Made by a program: the position numbers and the translations under genes. A stretch of DNA of 61,435 nt, filler included, from Squatina squatina (taxonomy: Eukaryota), in NCBI GenBank assembly GCA_031763465.1. It is 4 parts of 4 records of this genome, joined end to end, with 100 filler letters (N's around TTAATTAATTAA, not from the genome) between each part and the next. Parts side by side here need not be neighbours in the genome. Positions count along the whole stretch, not along the records: positions 14,640 to 29,708 come from JARFOE010000120.1; positions 29,809 to 42,790 come from JARFOE010000168.1; 2 more parts are not named here. One strand, written 5' to 3'. How positions within the stretch are numbered: position 1 is the stretch's first letter; every line of letters begins with the position of its first letter. This document shows, in pieces, positions 24,956-37,292 of this stretch. The notes under the pieces are model-generated. The model made no database searches. It was not told the DNA's origin and saw only the letters and a program-made list of their open reading frames with translations.

Positions 24956-25509
24956 CAAAACACAGTAACGTAGCACATTATTTACCAGTATAGTATATCA
25001 CAGCACCCAACAATGCATTGAACAGCAGATGACAAAGCCCCAAAAAGCATTCCACTGACCATGAGAAGAATCCTGGTTTCAGGCACTCACTGAGGCAATG
25101 AACTCTGGCACAAACCAGTCTGATATCTGTTACTTAACCTGCTGTAACCATCTTTTCAAAATCATTATGGTCAGAACCCTACTCAAAACCCCTTTTGCTA
25201 AAATAAAATCAAAAATCCAATAGTTTTGAATATAAACCAAGAATTTACATGTTAAATAATTCAGAAAAAGTAAGTTGAGTACCTGGGTTTAATAGAAATT
25301 AATTTGTTGCAAATTACAAGAGATTGTTGTAAATTAGTGTGAAATGAAAATAAACAGTCTATGCAGAATATGAATTTGAATGATATTCTCTTCAGAGGTC
25401 CGATGGCATTTGCCTTACAGTGTTTTGCTTTACCACAGTTATTGTGAGAAATTTGTCTATTCTTAGCTGATTTCTTGAAAGTTAACAATTTTTACAGACT
25501 GCTGAGGTA

Positions 25510-25895
25510 CATAATACAGCCGGAGTGCTGAGAGACCATGTCTTAGTGAGTAAAGCAGTCGACATACTGAGGCCATATCACAATGAACAAAATGGGTGAA
25601 GTATAGAGAGGCAGCAGTCAGAGTAATGAGAAACCAGGGCTTAAAAAGTAACACAGCCAGAATATAGAGAGGCTGCAGTCGAGAAAGTATTGCAGCCAGA
25701 GTACTGAGGCAACATCCTAATGAATAACATAGCCAGAGGGTTACTTTCATGGTCCAGATAGAAACACAGCCAGAACACTGAGACACAGCAGCGTAGAGAG
25801 TAACAATGCCAAAGCACTGAACGTCCATGACCTACAGCTTAACACAACTTAACGCGGCCTACAGAGTAATAGCCAGAGTACTGAGACACCGCAAG
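25510..25895. repeat. Degenerate tandem repeat (core ayagccagagtactgaga)
   Basis: At least 6 recurrences of (c/t)agcc(a/g)ga..(t/c)(a/g)ctgag at roughly 35-60 bp spacing. Confidence 0.55.
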
Positions 25896-26384
25896 AATTG
25901 CTGCAGCCTGGTGATAAATAGCCGGGATGCCACAAAGGAGAAGAGGTAACTGTGGATAGGGAAGGGGGACAAATAGAAATGGTGGAGAAAGAATCTGTCT
26001 AGGAAGAGCTAATGGGGAGGCTTGCTAAGGGCAACATTGATAATGGAGACAATGCTTGGGTACCAACATAGGAAAAGANNNNNNNNNNAGGAAAAGAGGA
26101 AAGATGTGCGAGAACGACAGGGTTGAGACAGAGGAAATTACAATAGAAAATAGCCTCCTAGATCCAGCCCATGCACAAATAGATAATGCGGCTGTTGCAC
26201 AGTACATGTATGAAGGGAGATAGTAAATTCATATTTTTTTTCAGTAGGAGAAGGCCATTGGCCCATCTAGTCTACCCTTCAACACACTGAAGTCTCATTA
26301 CCATGGTGAAATGGCTAGGCCAGAGAATCGGGACTGGAGACTCAAATTGTGGGAGTCTAGGAGAATGTTTCTGACGGGATGGAA

Positions 26385-26860
26385 AACCAATATAGTCTTT
26401 CATGGAATCATTAAGGTTATAGGATCAATGGAAGTTAGGTACATGAATTTTTAAAAGGCATTTAATAACATTTTGCACAAGAGATTGCTAGGAAAAATTG
26501 AGCTGCATTAAGTTGAAGACAACTTCGTGGCATCGACAGGAAATTGGTTGGGAGGTAAAAGGCAGAGAACTCGGATTAAAGGGCTACTCTTGGATCAGCA
26601 GACACTGACAAGTGGTGTGTCACTTGGTGGGAGCCAGGGTTGGGCCCCCCAAGTTTCTCCTGCCATATATAAATAGCCTGGATTTGAGATTAGAGGGGGA
26701 GTACATTTAAGTTTTCAGACTAGGACACAAGATGAATTATGAAGATGCTTAACAGTATAAAACAGTATAGATTTATTAAGCCAGTGGCTGGAACAGTGGC
26801 AGATACAGTTTAACTCATTGTGAGGTAGTTCACTTTGGATGTAACAATGAAGGGAACACA
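26385..26860 (+). mobile_element. Highly degenerate CR1 RT fragment
   Basis: Remnants of YMDF.KAFDKV.H.RL (tacatgaatttttaaaaggcatttaataac), W..NWL..R.QRV, VTSGVP and WQMQFN..CEVIHFG. Confidence 0.7.
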
Positions 26861-27047
26861 AGGATCAATTTTACAATTCTCACAAAAGTAACACGTNNNN
26901 NNNNNNNNNNNNNNNNNNNNNNNNNNNNNNNNNNNNNNNNNNNNNNNNNNNNNNNNNNNNNNNNNNNNNNNNNNNNNNNNNNNNNNNNNNNNNNNNTTGC
27001 GTTTGGTATGTTTGTGCGGCTTCTAATTCTTCTTTCCCTTCTTGCAG

Positions 27048-27161
27048 TCAGCCGAGATTGATGAGCGACGAATCCAAAGCTGTATTCACTTCATGACTCT
27101 AAAGAAATTAAACCGTTTGGCTCATATCAGGTTAAAAAAAGGTCGAGATCAAACCCACGAG
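27048..27161 (+). CDS. THOC5: THO complex subunit 5, internal exon A
   Basis: tttcccttcttgcag|TCA...GAG|gtaaat; 114 bp; [38 protein letters not shown] is near-identical to vertebrate THOC5. Confidence 0.96.
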
Positions 27162-27739
27162 GTAAATACTATATGCATCAAATGTTTTTTTTGGAGTGGG
27201 GGTGGGGGAGCGCTTGCGATTCATTTTCACTTTTGGAGATTACTGGCTTGGAGACAAAAATTAAAAATTAACTCTTTTTCTTCACTTTCCCCTCTCGGCC
27301 ACCAACAACTCCAAAAAGAATAAAATAAAAACAGGATCCATCTCTTTGATTTTCTCAACCAGACTAATATTTTCCCTTTATTACTCTATTTAAATTTACT
27401 CAGCTGCATTATTAACCTGGGAGATTTTGCTCAATTTTTTGTAGGCTAGGTGCGTAATTGTACAGAAACAATGATTTTTTTTCTCATTAGTTCAAACTGG
27501 AATGTTAATCCGGTAGATTTGCCTTGAACAAATCAACCACTATTACCACGATTGTTACTGAACCACAGTCTACTCTTACTGGTGTCTTTCTGTCTGGCGT
27601 GAATTAGTTCTGGAATGCCAATCCAACTTTGCGTGTTGTTAATTGGGAATTGATTTACAGTTTTTTGAAGTAGTAGTGTAAATAAATTGATTTTATTTGT
27701 ATGCTTTGGATACGAGAGACTCTAGCTGCTGTTTTTCAG

Positions 27740-27837
27740 GCCAAACAGAAGGTGGATGCTCTTCATCTTCAACTTCAGAATCTTCTATATGAGGTGATGC
27801 ATCTTCAGAAGGAAATCACAAAGTGCTTAGAGTTCAA
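27740..27837 (+). CDS. THOC5: THO complex subunit 5, internal exon B
   Basis: gtttttcag|GCC...AA|gtaagt; 98 bp; [32 protein letters not shown](K), in frame with exons A and C. Not in the ORF track. Confidence 0.96.
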
Positions 27838-28328
27838 GTAAGTTTCCCTTTTCTAATAACGTTTCTTGTTCCCGTCTTCGGTTTTATTGCAGCCACCTGA
27901 TTTATCTTAGTGATGCTTGTCAAATCTAGGCAACACATTTAACATTAAGTAGGTAAGTAAGTACAATAAGACAGAAAACCAGAGCAGCCACTAGACTTCG
28001 TGAATTTGGAAACAATATTCTTCAATGTTGTGGTAAGACATTTCTTATTTCATACTGTTCATCATCTCTCAATTCTCCACCGTTACTTCATTGTGTAGTG
28101 CAAAATGCTCCTGGAAGGACGGAATGTATGTTTGTACAACTTGGTATTGTGCATTAGCATTCACTCAAAAAAGCATGCTGCTAAGCCTTTTTTAATTTAT
28201 TCTCGGTGTCATTGGCAAGGCTGGGATTNNNNNNNNNNNNNNNNNNNNNNNNNNNNNNNNNNNNNNNNNNNNNNNNNNNNNNNNNNNNNNNNNNNNNNNN
28301 NNNNNNNNNNNNNNNNNNNNNNNNNNNN

Positions 28329-28615
28329 GGAAGATGGTGGCGAGCCTCCTTCTTGAACCGCTGCAGTCCTTGTGATAAAGGTACTCCCACAGTGCTGTTC
28401 AGTAGGGTGTCCCAGGATTTTGACCCAGGGACAATGAAGGAACAGCGATATATTTCCAAGTCAGGATGGTGTGTGACTTGGAGGTGATGGTGTTCCCATG
28501 CACCTGTTGCTCTTGTCCTTCTCGGTGGTGACGGTCACGGGTTTGCTAGATGCTGCAGAAGAAGCCTGGCCATTTTGCTGCAGTGCATCTTGTGCACACT
28601 GCAGCCACGGTATAC
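28329..28615 (-). mobile_element. CR1-group LINE fragment in a THOC5 intron
   Basis: Matches the reverse complement of 24620-24900. Confidence 0.8.
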
Positions 28616-28828
28616 CAATGTTGGATATATAGTAATCTGAAGGTGTAGATAAGATGCACAAGCCACGTTACCTTCACCCTTGTATGTCATTTTAGATGGG
28701 CCCCTCAACTGAAATACTGCTCTTCATATGTCTGAACTCACTCCAACTCTGCTTAACTTTAGTAAACCCATCTTAATATAATGTTTAATGGATGTTCCTA
28801 ATTTCTCCCATTCTGTGTTATCTTTTAG

Positions 28829-28975
28829 ATCTAAACATGAAGAGATTGACTTGGTGAATGTGGAGGAGTTCTATAAAGATGCCCCATTAGACATTAGTAA
28901 GCCTACTTTCACCTTGAATGATCCTCATCAGCAGACTCTGTCCCGTTTGGACTGGGAGCTTGAACAGCGCAAGAG
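28829..28975 (+). CDS. THOC5: THO complex subunit 5, internal exon C
   Basis: tatcttttag|A TCT...AG|gtaggg; 147 bp; [48 protein letters not shown](R). Confidence 0.96.
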
Positions 28976-28989
28976 GTAGGGAGCAATTA

Positions 28990-29708
28990 TAGAATCATAG
29001 AATGATATAGCACAAAAGGAGGCCATTTGGCCCATCGTGCCTATGCCAGCTCTTTGAAAGCTATCCAATTAGTCCCACTTCCCTGCTCTTTCCCCTAGCC
29101 CAGCAGTTTTTCTTTTTTTCAAGTATTTATTTAAATCCCTTTTGAAAGCTATTGACTCTGCTTCCACCGCCTTTTCAGGCACTGCATTCCAGATCCTCAT
29201 AACTTGCTGCATAAAAATGTTTTTCCTCATGTCGCCTCTGGTTCTTTTGCCAATTACGCTACATCTGTGCCCTCCAGTTGCTTGCCCTGCTACCACTGGA
29301 AACAGGTTCTCCTTACGCTACCAAAACCCTTCACGACTTTGAACACCTCAATCAAATCTCCTCTGCTCTAAGGAGAGAGAACAACCCCAGTTTCTCTGGA
29401 CTCTCCACATAACTGAAGTCTCTAAATGTTTCCCCACCACCGATGTTGGGCTGATTGGCCTGTAATTGCTGAGTTTATCACTCTCCCCTTTGTACATTTG
29501 CAATCCTCCAGTCCTCTAGCATCACTCCCATTTCTAAGGAGGATTAAAAGATCGTGGCCAGAGCCTCCGCAGTTTCTACCCTTACTTCCCTCAGCAACCT
29601 AGGATGCATCCCATCTGGACCGGGTGACTTTTCTACTTTGAGCTCTGTCAACCTTTTAAGTACCTCTTTAGCTATTTTTATCCTAACTTTACAGTGACAT
29701 TGGCAGCA
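28990..29708 (-). mobile_element. CR1 LINE (3' end plus internally deleted ORF2)
   Basis: Starts atagaatcatagaat (CR1 tail repeat, reverse); minus frame TRGDMRKNIFMQQVMRIWNAVPEKAVEAESIAFKRDLNKYLK; upstream KSPGPDGMHPRLLREV motif. Confidence 0.9.
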
Positions 29709-29808
29709 NNNNNNNNNNNNNNNNNNNNNNNNNNNNNNNNNNNNNNNNNNNNTTAATTAATTAANNNNNNNNNNNNNNNNNNNNNNNNNNNNNNNNNNNN
29801 NNNNNNNN
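29709..29808. other. Artificial scaffold-concatenation linker
   Basis: 44 N + TTAATTAATTAA (29753-29764) + 44 N. Confidence 0.97.
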
Positions 29809-30625
29809 GTTTAGGGGGTGGGGGGGCTGGAGAAGTATCGATTTAAGAGGGAAAAAAAACAGGACACGTGAACCGGGATTCCATTTATTTTTAAAGCTAC
29901 CTTTCGGGAGCGAAATTAACAGCTGCGATCAAGGAAATTGCAACTCCCGAACTGCGTGGCAAGCAGCTGGGTCTCCCGAGCAGCGCATCATCACACCTCG
30001 AGGTAACCCTTAAAACATTAACGTTTGCAACAAAAAAAAAGAAAAAAAAACATAAAACAGTAAATCAAAATCCTCAAAAGGGAAGAGACGAATTCAACTT
30101 GTGCAATTAACAAAAAAAAAACACGCATATTTACAAATAAACTAACAAGTGTCGGAAAGCAAGACTTTGCAGTGGACTTTGTAAACCTATGGATTCCCGA
30201 TTGATGTAGCATCCGTCGCTGATTCCCCCCGTTCCGACCAGGGAATCACGTGTCTCGTGTTTGCCACTCTGGCTGGAACAGAACTTTCCGGTGTTCGGAG
30301 TTGAGGTGATAGCGAGGACCGCACGAAGCCGGCTCTTACAGACACACAAATCTGTTTCTCTTCACAGAAGAAACTCCGGATCGCACCCAGATCTCGGGCG
30401 GCTCTTCCGCGTGCAAGTCGGATCAGTAACCATCTACAGTTTTTGGGTGTTCTGTTCCATTGGTTTGAAACACACACACAAATCAACATGGGGTGGCCGT
30501 GCAGCAACCTGATGTGACTGAGGGAACAGTATTTATTTGATATCATCGAAAGACAAAGGTTATACTTATGGGAACACATCACTCACCGATATTAAGGTAA
30601 GAGAAACAAATCAGGCGTTCGCCTT
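29809..30625 (+). promoter_or_regulatory. CpG-enriched putative promoter / non-coding 5' exon region upstream of CACNA1H
   Basis: Much higher CpG density than flanking DNA, no repeat recognised, A-runs typical of 5' UTRs, strong donor AAG|gtaaga at 30596/30597; separated from the coding exon by one gap. Confidence 0.45.
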
Positions 30626-32061
30626 GTGATGGGTAATAAGTGGCTGGATGCTTATTTAAAAAAATGTCAAGGTTCCTGCAAGTTGGAAAACAATTATCAG
30701 ACGTACGTTATTTTTCAAAAAAATGTATTTTGCTCATCACTACTGTCCTGTCCCCTTTCCAGACACACAGGTGTTGGGCAGCATATTCAGCAGACCAAAT
30801 GGTCTAGGCAGCTTTTGGTTTGTGGACCAATGTTAAATCAGCTCATGAAAAAAGTTTTCAGTAGTTGTGAGCCCAAACAATATGTTTCTCAAAACAGCAT
30901 GACTTAAACTACTGAAAACCTAAATGGAACTCTATATACTCCTATAGAAGACTTTTGGGGTCCCAATTGGTTGGTGTCACGTTGGTTGCCGAAAAAAGGG
31001 TTTCCGGGTCCTGCAAAATAACACGGCATTGGTCTCTTAGAGAAAAAAATTCAGTGGTGGGCGCTAATGGGGCTTAATGAGGGCGCTAATCAGCTCAGCT
31101 GTGGCTCTAACAGGGAGAAGTAGTCTGAACTGGGCCAATTCCACGAGCTTTGTATTTGGTGCTTATCATTTTCCAGACGGCTCCAGCCCTTAAAGGCANN
31201 NNNNNNNNNNNNNNNNNNNNNNNNNNNNNNNNNNNNNNNNNNNNNNNNNNNNNNNNNNNNNNNNNNNNNNNNNNNNNNNNNNNNNNNNNNNNNNNNNNCA
31301 GGCGAGAGTGCTGCTCACTGAGCCACAGCTGACACTAAAATGACGGAGCTCTTGCAGACAAGACTTTTTTTCTTCCTTCCAGTTTCTCAGTATTAGTTCC
31401 TCTTTCTTTACAATTATTGACATCAACTGCCTGACGCGCATTCCCTTTTAATGTGTATGCAGGATTTGTGAAATTAAAACCATAGGTAATCTATTTTTCC
31501 TTTCCACTTTGTTCCCTAAAGGCAGAGTTCATGCTCGGGCCTAGTTTCGCTCGCAGCCTTACTGGCACTCTTAATACGTGAGTCTAGACAATGGCTGTTG
31601 GAAGGCTGTTTTGACTGACCTTGTCCTCACCCAATATCCCCATGCGTGTTTTCCAGTAGGGGAGTCCAGTAATATCAAACCCACTGTCTCATAAATCATA
31701 AGATTTGATATAGAAATAATGAGTTGTTATTTTTTTCCCGACCAGACAGACGGCGCATTTGGCTGTCAGTAACTGATTACTGACACATGAACATAAGAAA
31801 TAGGCGCCTTGCACTTCCAATCACAAAAAGTAAAAAAAAAAATGAGGATTTCTGCAAGCATGGGTTGAGGATCTAATTTCCCAGGAACAGTTACTCAGCC
31901 CTCTAGTTATAAACAATCAATAATAATTAACATGGAATTTTTTTTTTGCTTGCTGTTTGTATATTCGTGTGATGTTTCAAAGAATACTTTGTTTCTGTTA
32001 GCATACTCATCAATATTTTGGGTGACTCTTGTTTGATCAGATTTCTCAATTCCAAGCTATC

Positions 32062-32381
32062 ATGACTGATGGCGAGAGGAGAGAATCGGTTCATCCTCTG
32101 GGGAATGAGGATGCCCGGGTCCCGATGGCTGGCAGGTTCCCGACGGACGTCGGCACTGACGATGGAGGACTGTGTAGCGACAGCAGTGGGAATATTGCAA
32201 TGGAAAGTATGGGACCATTGAACGGCAGTAGCTTCTCAGCTCCGGAGATCGGAGCAGCGGAGGCAGCGTCAGAGCCCGACACTGAGCAGCTCCCATACCC
32301 GGCCCTAGCGCCCGCCGTATTCTTCTGCCTCAAACAGACAACCCGGCCCCGGAGTTGGTGTCTCAAAGTGGTTTGTAACCC
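32062..32381 (+). CDS. CACNA1H: Voltage-dependent T-type calcium channel alpha-1H (Cav3.2), first coding exon
   Basis: MTDGERR...EDARVPMAG...[32 protein letters not shown](P); the MTDG..RVP N-terminus and [10 protein letters not shown] fit CACNA1H better than 1G/1I; exon ends at CC|atatccttt; likely acceptor gatcag| at 32040. Confidence 0.9.
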
Positions 32382-32390
32382 ATATCCTTT
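32382..32390 (+). other. U12-type (minor spliceosome, AT-AC) 5' splice site
   Basis: ATATCCTTT is an exact match to the U12 donor consensus RTATCCTTT, placed exactly where channel homology (CNP|WFE) breaks off. Confidence 0.92.
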
Positions 32391-34986
32391 CCCAATGTAC
32401 CTTTAATCTATTTTACATACATGCGAACTTTGAAGAGCCAGCGCTGGTTAAGGCTGTTTAACAATGTCATTCATAAAACATGAGCTTCTAACTTGCAAAG
32501 AATCTGGCTTATATTTTACCTGAAGTTTTCATTTTCTTATAATCCTTTCACACAGAAGTAGAATGCTTTGTAAACGGTTTCATTACTCGTTTTACATCTG
32601 GTTACATTTTGAGAGCTATTGTGATTGATACCTTAAGATGTATTATGTGGACTAAAATGATGCCATTTTCTATAAACTCACCAACTATATTGTGTGTCAG
32701 GTTTAGTATATTTTTGATATCTATGTCAGNNNNNNNNNNNNNNNNNNNNNNNNNNNNNNNNNNNNNNNNNNNNNNNNNNNNNNNNNNNNNNNNNNNNNNN
32801 NNNNNNNNNNNNNNNNNNNNNNNNNNNNNTGTGTAACTTGGCCTAGAATTAAATGCTCCGTGGGAATTGCTTCTGAATCTGATGGTGAAGATTTTATAGT
32901 GTGTTACGCCTGGTGATGGTGATAGTGATAAGCATAAAGAATTTATGGTTAGAGAAAAAAAAACACTAGCAGTTACTTGAAAAACTGTGGCTGACTGTAA
33001 GGCTAATGTTGGAATGTGGTTATTCTGGCACATTGCCAACTTTGTTAATCCTGAAAGTCTTGATCACTGTCAGTCTGCTAAATCTATAAAGCTTGCATTC
33101 GTTCAGCAGGGTAATGATTAAGCACTTCAGTGTCTTTTTATGGTGACCTTAGTTAAGACATTTCCATTTAGTTGTCCAAAAGGGTTTTTCCTTAGTTTTA
33201 TCTTTTTAAGCCTATTTCTCTGTAGTTTAAAATGGGTCTAATGTATGTGTTTTGTTTTATTGATTTTTCTTTTAACATCAACCATCTTTAGCAACATGTT
33301 TTAGCATCTCCTTTATTTCAATTTGTTTGCTTTATTCCCTACTTAATATTTCTCTATCACCATGCATAAATACGCTGAAAGGAACACACTGTGGAGTGTT
33401 GGAAATCTTCTCATCACTTAAGTGCAAATGAATTTTCTAGAAAACATAAAATTAACTGTTTATCCCCCCAAAGAAAAATCTGGTATTCTAGCTAATTTGG
33501 GCTTTAGTAATGACATTCACAACAGATTAGTACACTGGTAATATCTTGACAATGGTCTGGAGAATTTGAAATGTGACGAATCTTTGAACTCCTTGGAACC
33601 AAACATAGAATAATGCAAAATAAATACTTGAAATGTAATATTTGAAATTTGTTATNNNNNNNNNNNNNNNNNNNNNNNNNNNNNNNNNNNNNNNNNNNNN
33701 NNNNNNNNNNNNNNNNNNNNNNNNNNNNNNNNNNNNNNNNNNNNNNNNNNNNNNNATAGAGCCTCATTCCTTCAGGAAGTGAACTGTTGGAAATTTTTAA
33801 AATGTTGAATTTTAATGTTCTTTTTACTTTTCATTTCGGTCACTCTTTTCCACTTTTTGTACCTGATTTGACATTAAATTCACCCACTGTCATTCTTGTT
33901 TATTTCTCAATCCTTAAATTTCACTGGTTAAGGAGGTGTTCTGTGGATCCCATCGTTCACCAAGGTCTGAGATGCCCCATTGCCCTTGCCGTGCTACCTC
34001 CAGCAACTTGCAGGGCAAAATATCTTCGAACTGAAGGATGAGGAAGTCTAACTAATGGGGTATGCCGCAAGATGCCCGCCTCACCAAAACCTGGGCCCAT
34101 ATCATTTCCGTGCTAGAATCTAGTTTTTGTAGGGACTCAGAAATTTCTGACTAATTTGCCATCATCAAAAAGCACATCCATAATCAAACCTAACATTCCA
34201 TTTTAATAGTCGTGTACTCCTGAATCCAAATGTCCAGTTCCTCAATTCAATATTTAATTATTATGTGTACTACTACTCTGATTCCTTCCCTTCACCATGG
34301 TTTGGCTGGTTGCACCAGCTGCCCATTTCAAAGCCTATATGAAAATTGTATCAAGCGGCCTTGGGTGGCCAATGGACAGGCGATTTATTTTTTCAATTTT
34401 CAACCGACCCCCACCCTGTTTTCCAGCATAAACGGGATGGATAGCAGTTGACAATCGACTCCACTGTCTTCTTAAAGGTCTCAGGCTCTTTGCTGGTATA
34501 TTATTGGCCTTGTTATTGATTTAATTTCTCAATCTCTTTTGCTTCCTTCCCAGCCAGTAATGTTTTATTTCTCCAAAAGCAAGAGTTTGTTCTTTAATTA
34601 TAAATTCTTTTTAACTGCAATTTCAAATTATTCAACTCAATATCTCAACAAATGGTGGTCTTTTAAACTGCAGAGCAGACTTACTTGTAGTTCCTGAATT
34701 CCTTATATATTCAGCTCTCTGAAAATAAAATTTGTTCTAAATGGATGCTCATGATTAGTAGTGCCAGATGGATATGTTATTGATTAAAAATGTGGGCAAG
34801 ATCCATTCTGTTGTTATTCCTTATTAATGCATTGTAAAGGCTTGCTCTAAATGTTTCAGACTGAAATTAATCGGGCTGCAAGCCCTTTTATTGCCCTGTT
34901 GTGCTTGTCGTCTTAAATTTCTGGGTTTTCTGATTAAGAATGTTAACATAGTAGCCTCAGAAGAAACATTTTATAATAATTGACTG

Positions 34987-34999
34987 GTTGCTTAGCAAC
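34987..34999. promoter_or_regulatory. Candidate RFX X-box
   Basis: GTTGCTTAGCAAC: perfect 6-bp inverted arms around one base, close to the GTTGCCTAGCAAC-type consensus, in a repeat-poor contig. Confidence 0.35.
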
Positions 35000-37292
35000 T
35001 GTTTTGTGCACCCAGGATGTTTTTGCCAAGACAGCAGGTCAGTAAATTTGAACATGCTATTATTAGAGGATATGGTATATAATTTATTTGATATTGATAT
35101 CATTTGCTTACACAAAAGCATGCTTAGCTTGGTACAATGACAGTATTATATCAAAATATTAGTGCAGCTTAAAAATAATGGCTTTAATTGATGGCTTACT
35201 GTTAATTTGCCAATGCAATAACAGGTACCAGTCACAATAGGAGGTTCAAAGCATAGTCAAAACAATCTTTCCATTAATGACATTTATTTTAAAAATTTGC
35301 CTGCTTTTAGTAGCAAATATGAATTGGTTTATATGCAAAGTCCATTGGTTATACTAACAATGTGCCACCTAAAAACAGTACGATAGTAAGAGCCATTGCT
35401 TTAGTAAAATGAAAATGATCATTGCTGGAAGGACTTTAAAACAAAAGAACAAGAAATGATCCAGTTATTAAAAGTGAATAACATCCGCAGATCACAGTGT
35501 GTTTTCTGGTGTCTTTCGCATAATGTTTTAAAAAGGTTTTTTTGTACATTAACACTTCACCTATCCTATTCAGGTACAAAGGGATCAGTTTAAAAACTTT
35601 TAAATTCTGAATTTTTGTCCTCGTTAAGGTAATTTATGTAGCTGGGGTTTGGAGCACTTCACTTTTGTCAGACTATGACCGCATCTAGCATTCCCAGTTC
35701 AGCCATAACACTTCCTGTGTATAGCTCTGTCTGTACACCATCCCAATAATGTAATTTAATGACCATCCCCTCCCAAACTCAGAAGAGCTCCCCTACTGCA
35801 TGATTAGCATTTACGTTTGTAAAACCAACTATTCTTTGGGCCTCCCTTATTAAGATTGCCAATTTAGTGTTGATTTGTGCCACGTTATGGGCAGTTTTGT
35901 GTTGTGGGGCACGAGGAACCGGATCTAGACTACCCACAGACAACCCCTAAAGACAGTAGAAAGACCAAGCTTTTATCCAGTTGTATTGAGCTGGATTTAA
36001 ATATGGGTCCCAGAGATAAAAGAACACAGTGTTAAGCAACTGTGTAGCCCCCAGTTTAGTACCAATTATTAACTGTAGTGTCATCTTAATATATACCAAG
36101 AATAACTTGGTAAATAAGTGNNNNNNNNNNNNNNNNNNNNNNNNNNNNNNNNNNNNNNNNNNNNNNNNNNNNNNNNNNNNNNNNNNNNNNNNNNNNNNNN
36201 NNNNNNNNNNNNNNNNNNNNGGAGGTGAAGCACTTGCAGAATGCTGTGAGGGCTGAGGAGCCAGAGGTTCGTGCAGATGGCCATAGGCCGGGAGAAGCTC
36301 ATGTGCCACAGCCCCCTGAAGCAGACCAGCAAGAGGCAAGGCAGAATGCAGCTCCTGCTCGAGGTGGGTAAGGCCCAGGCAATAGGTGGAGATGTGCTCT
36401 CAGAGTATTCCATCCACATTTCACCGATCTCCAGATGACAGCTGAGCATGTCTGCCAAGACTGCGCTCAGGAAAGATGTCACCACGGAGCTATGCCAACT
36501 ATTGCAAGGTGACCTTCAACCTCAGAGCAGGGCTTCAACAGCTCTCTCAGTGGCAGTAAAAGTAATCACTGCCCTCAATTTCTAAGCTAATGGGTCTTAT
36601 TAGAGACAGATTTAGTTAAACGACATTACTGTCCCATTCCGTTATGTGCCTCACATAGGAATTACTGTTTATTCTTGCCATCATATAATACAATGTATTA
36701 GTTTTTCGTGTTTACTGTTTTGTGACCAATTTAATGAGTCATTGATGTACGGACGGGATTGCATGATATTTGTCTTCCATTGCAGACCTAAAACATACAA
36801 TTACATTACTCTGTCTATAAAGACAAATTTGCCCTTTGTAAATTAGTTATCTCTTATGAAGTTGTATAGCATTTTTTGTGCAATTGAATTGCACTAGCGC
36901 AAGCACACATCGTTTTGCTGGCATGGCAACTAGCTCTTCTGGTTGGATTTGTTTGTGCTCAACAGTTTAAATCTTACTGCTGGCTTTTATGATTATGTTT
37001 ACCTTATTTTTTCTAATTACTTCCAAATAAAGCTGTAGAAGTGATTGTGGTAAAACATATACGTACTGAGGGCAAAATTCCGTTGCCCTGCATCCCTGTC
37101 GGTACTTGCAATAAAATCGCCCCATCTGATCCTTCAAAAGAACTTTAAAAATTAGGCTTTTTTTTCCAAAGAAGCAAGTGAAGCACCAATGANNNNNNNN
37201 NNNNNNNNNNNNNNNNNNNNNNNNNNNNNNNNNNNNNNNNNNNNNNNNNNNNNNNNNNNNNNNNNNNNNNNNNNNNNNNNNNNNNNNNNNNN

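Noticed and set aside
24036-25895. Repeat arrays as a possible CRISPR-like locus
   Set aside because: Units are degenerate with no constant repeat/unique spacer structure, there are no cas genes, and the context is vertebrate
32029-32061. TTG-initiated N-terminal extension of CACNA1H, and the YPFPMYL tail at 32382-32406
   Set aside because: Artefacts of alternative-start ORF calling and of reading into the U12 intron
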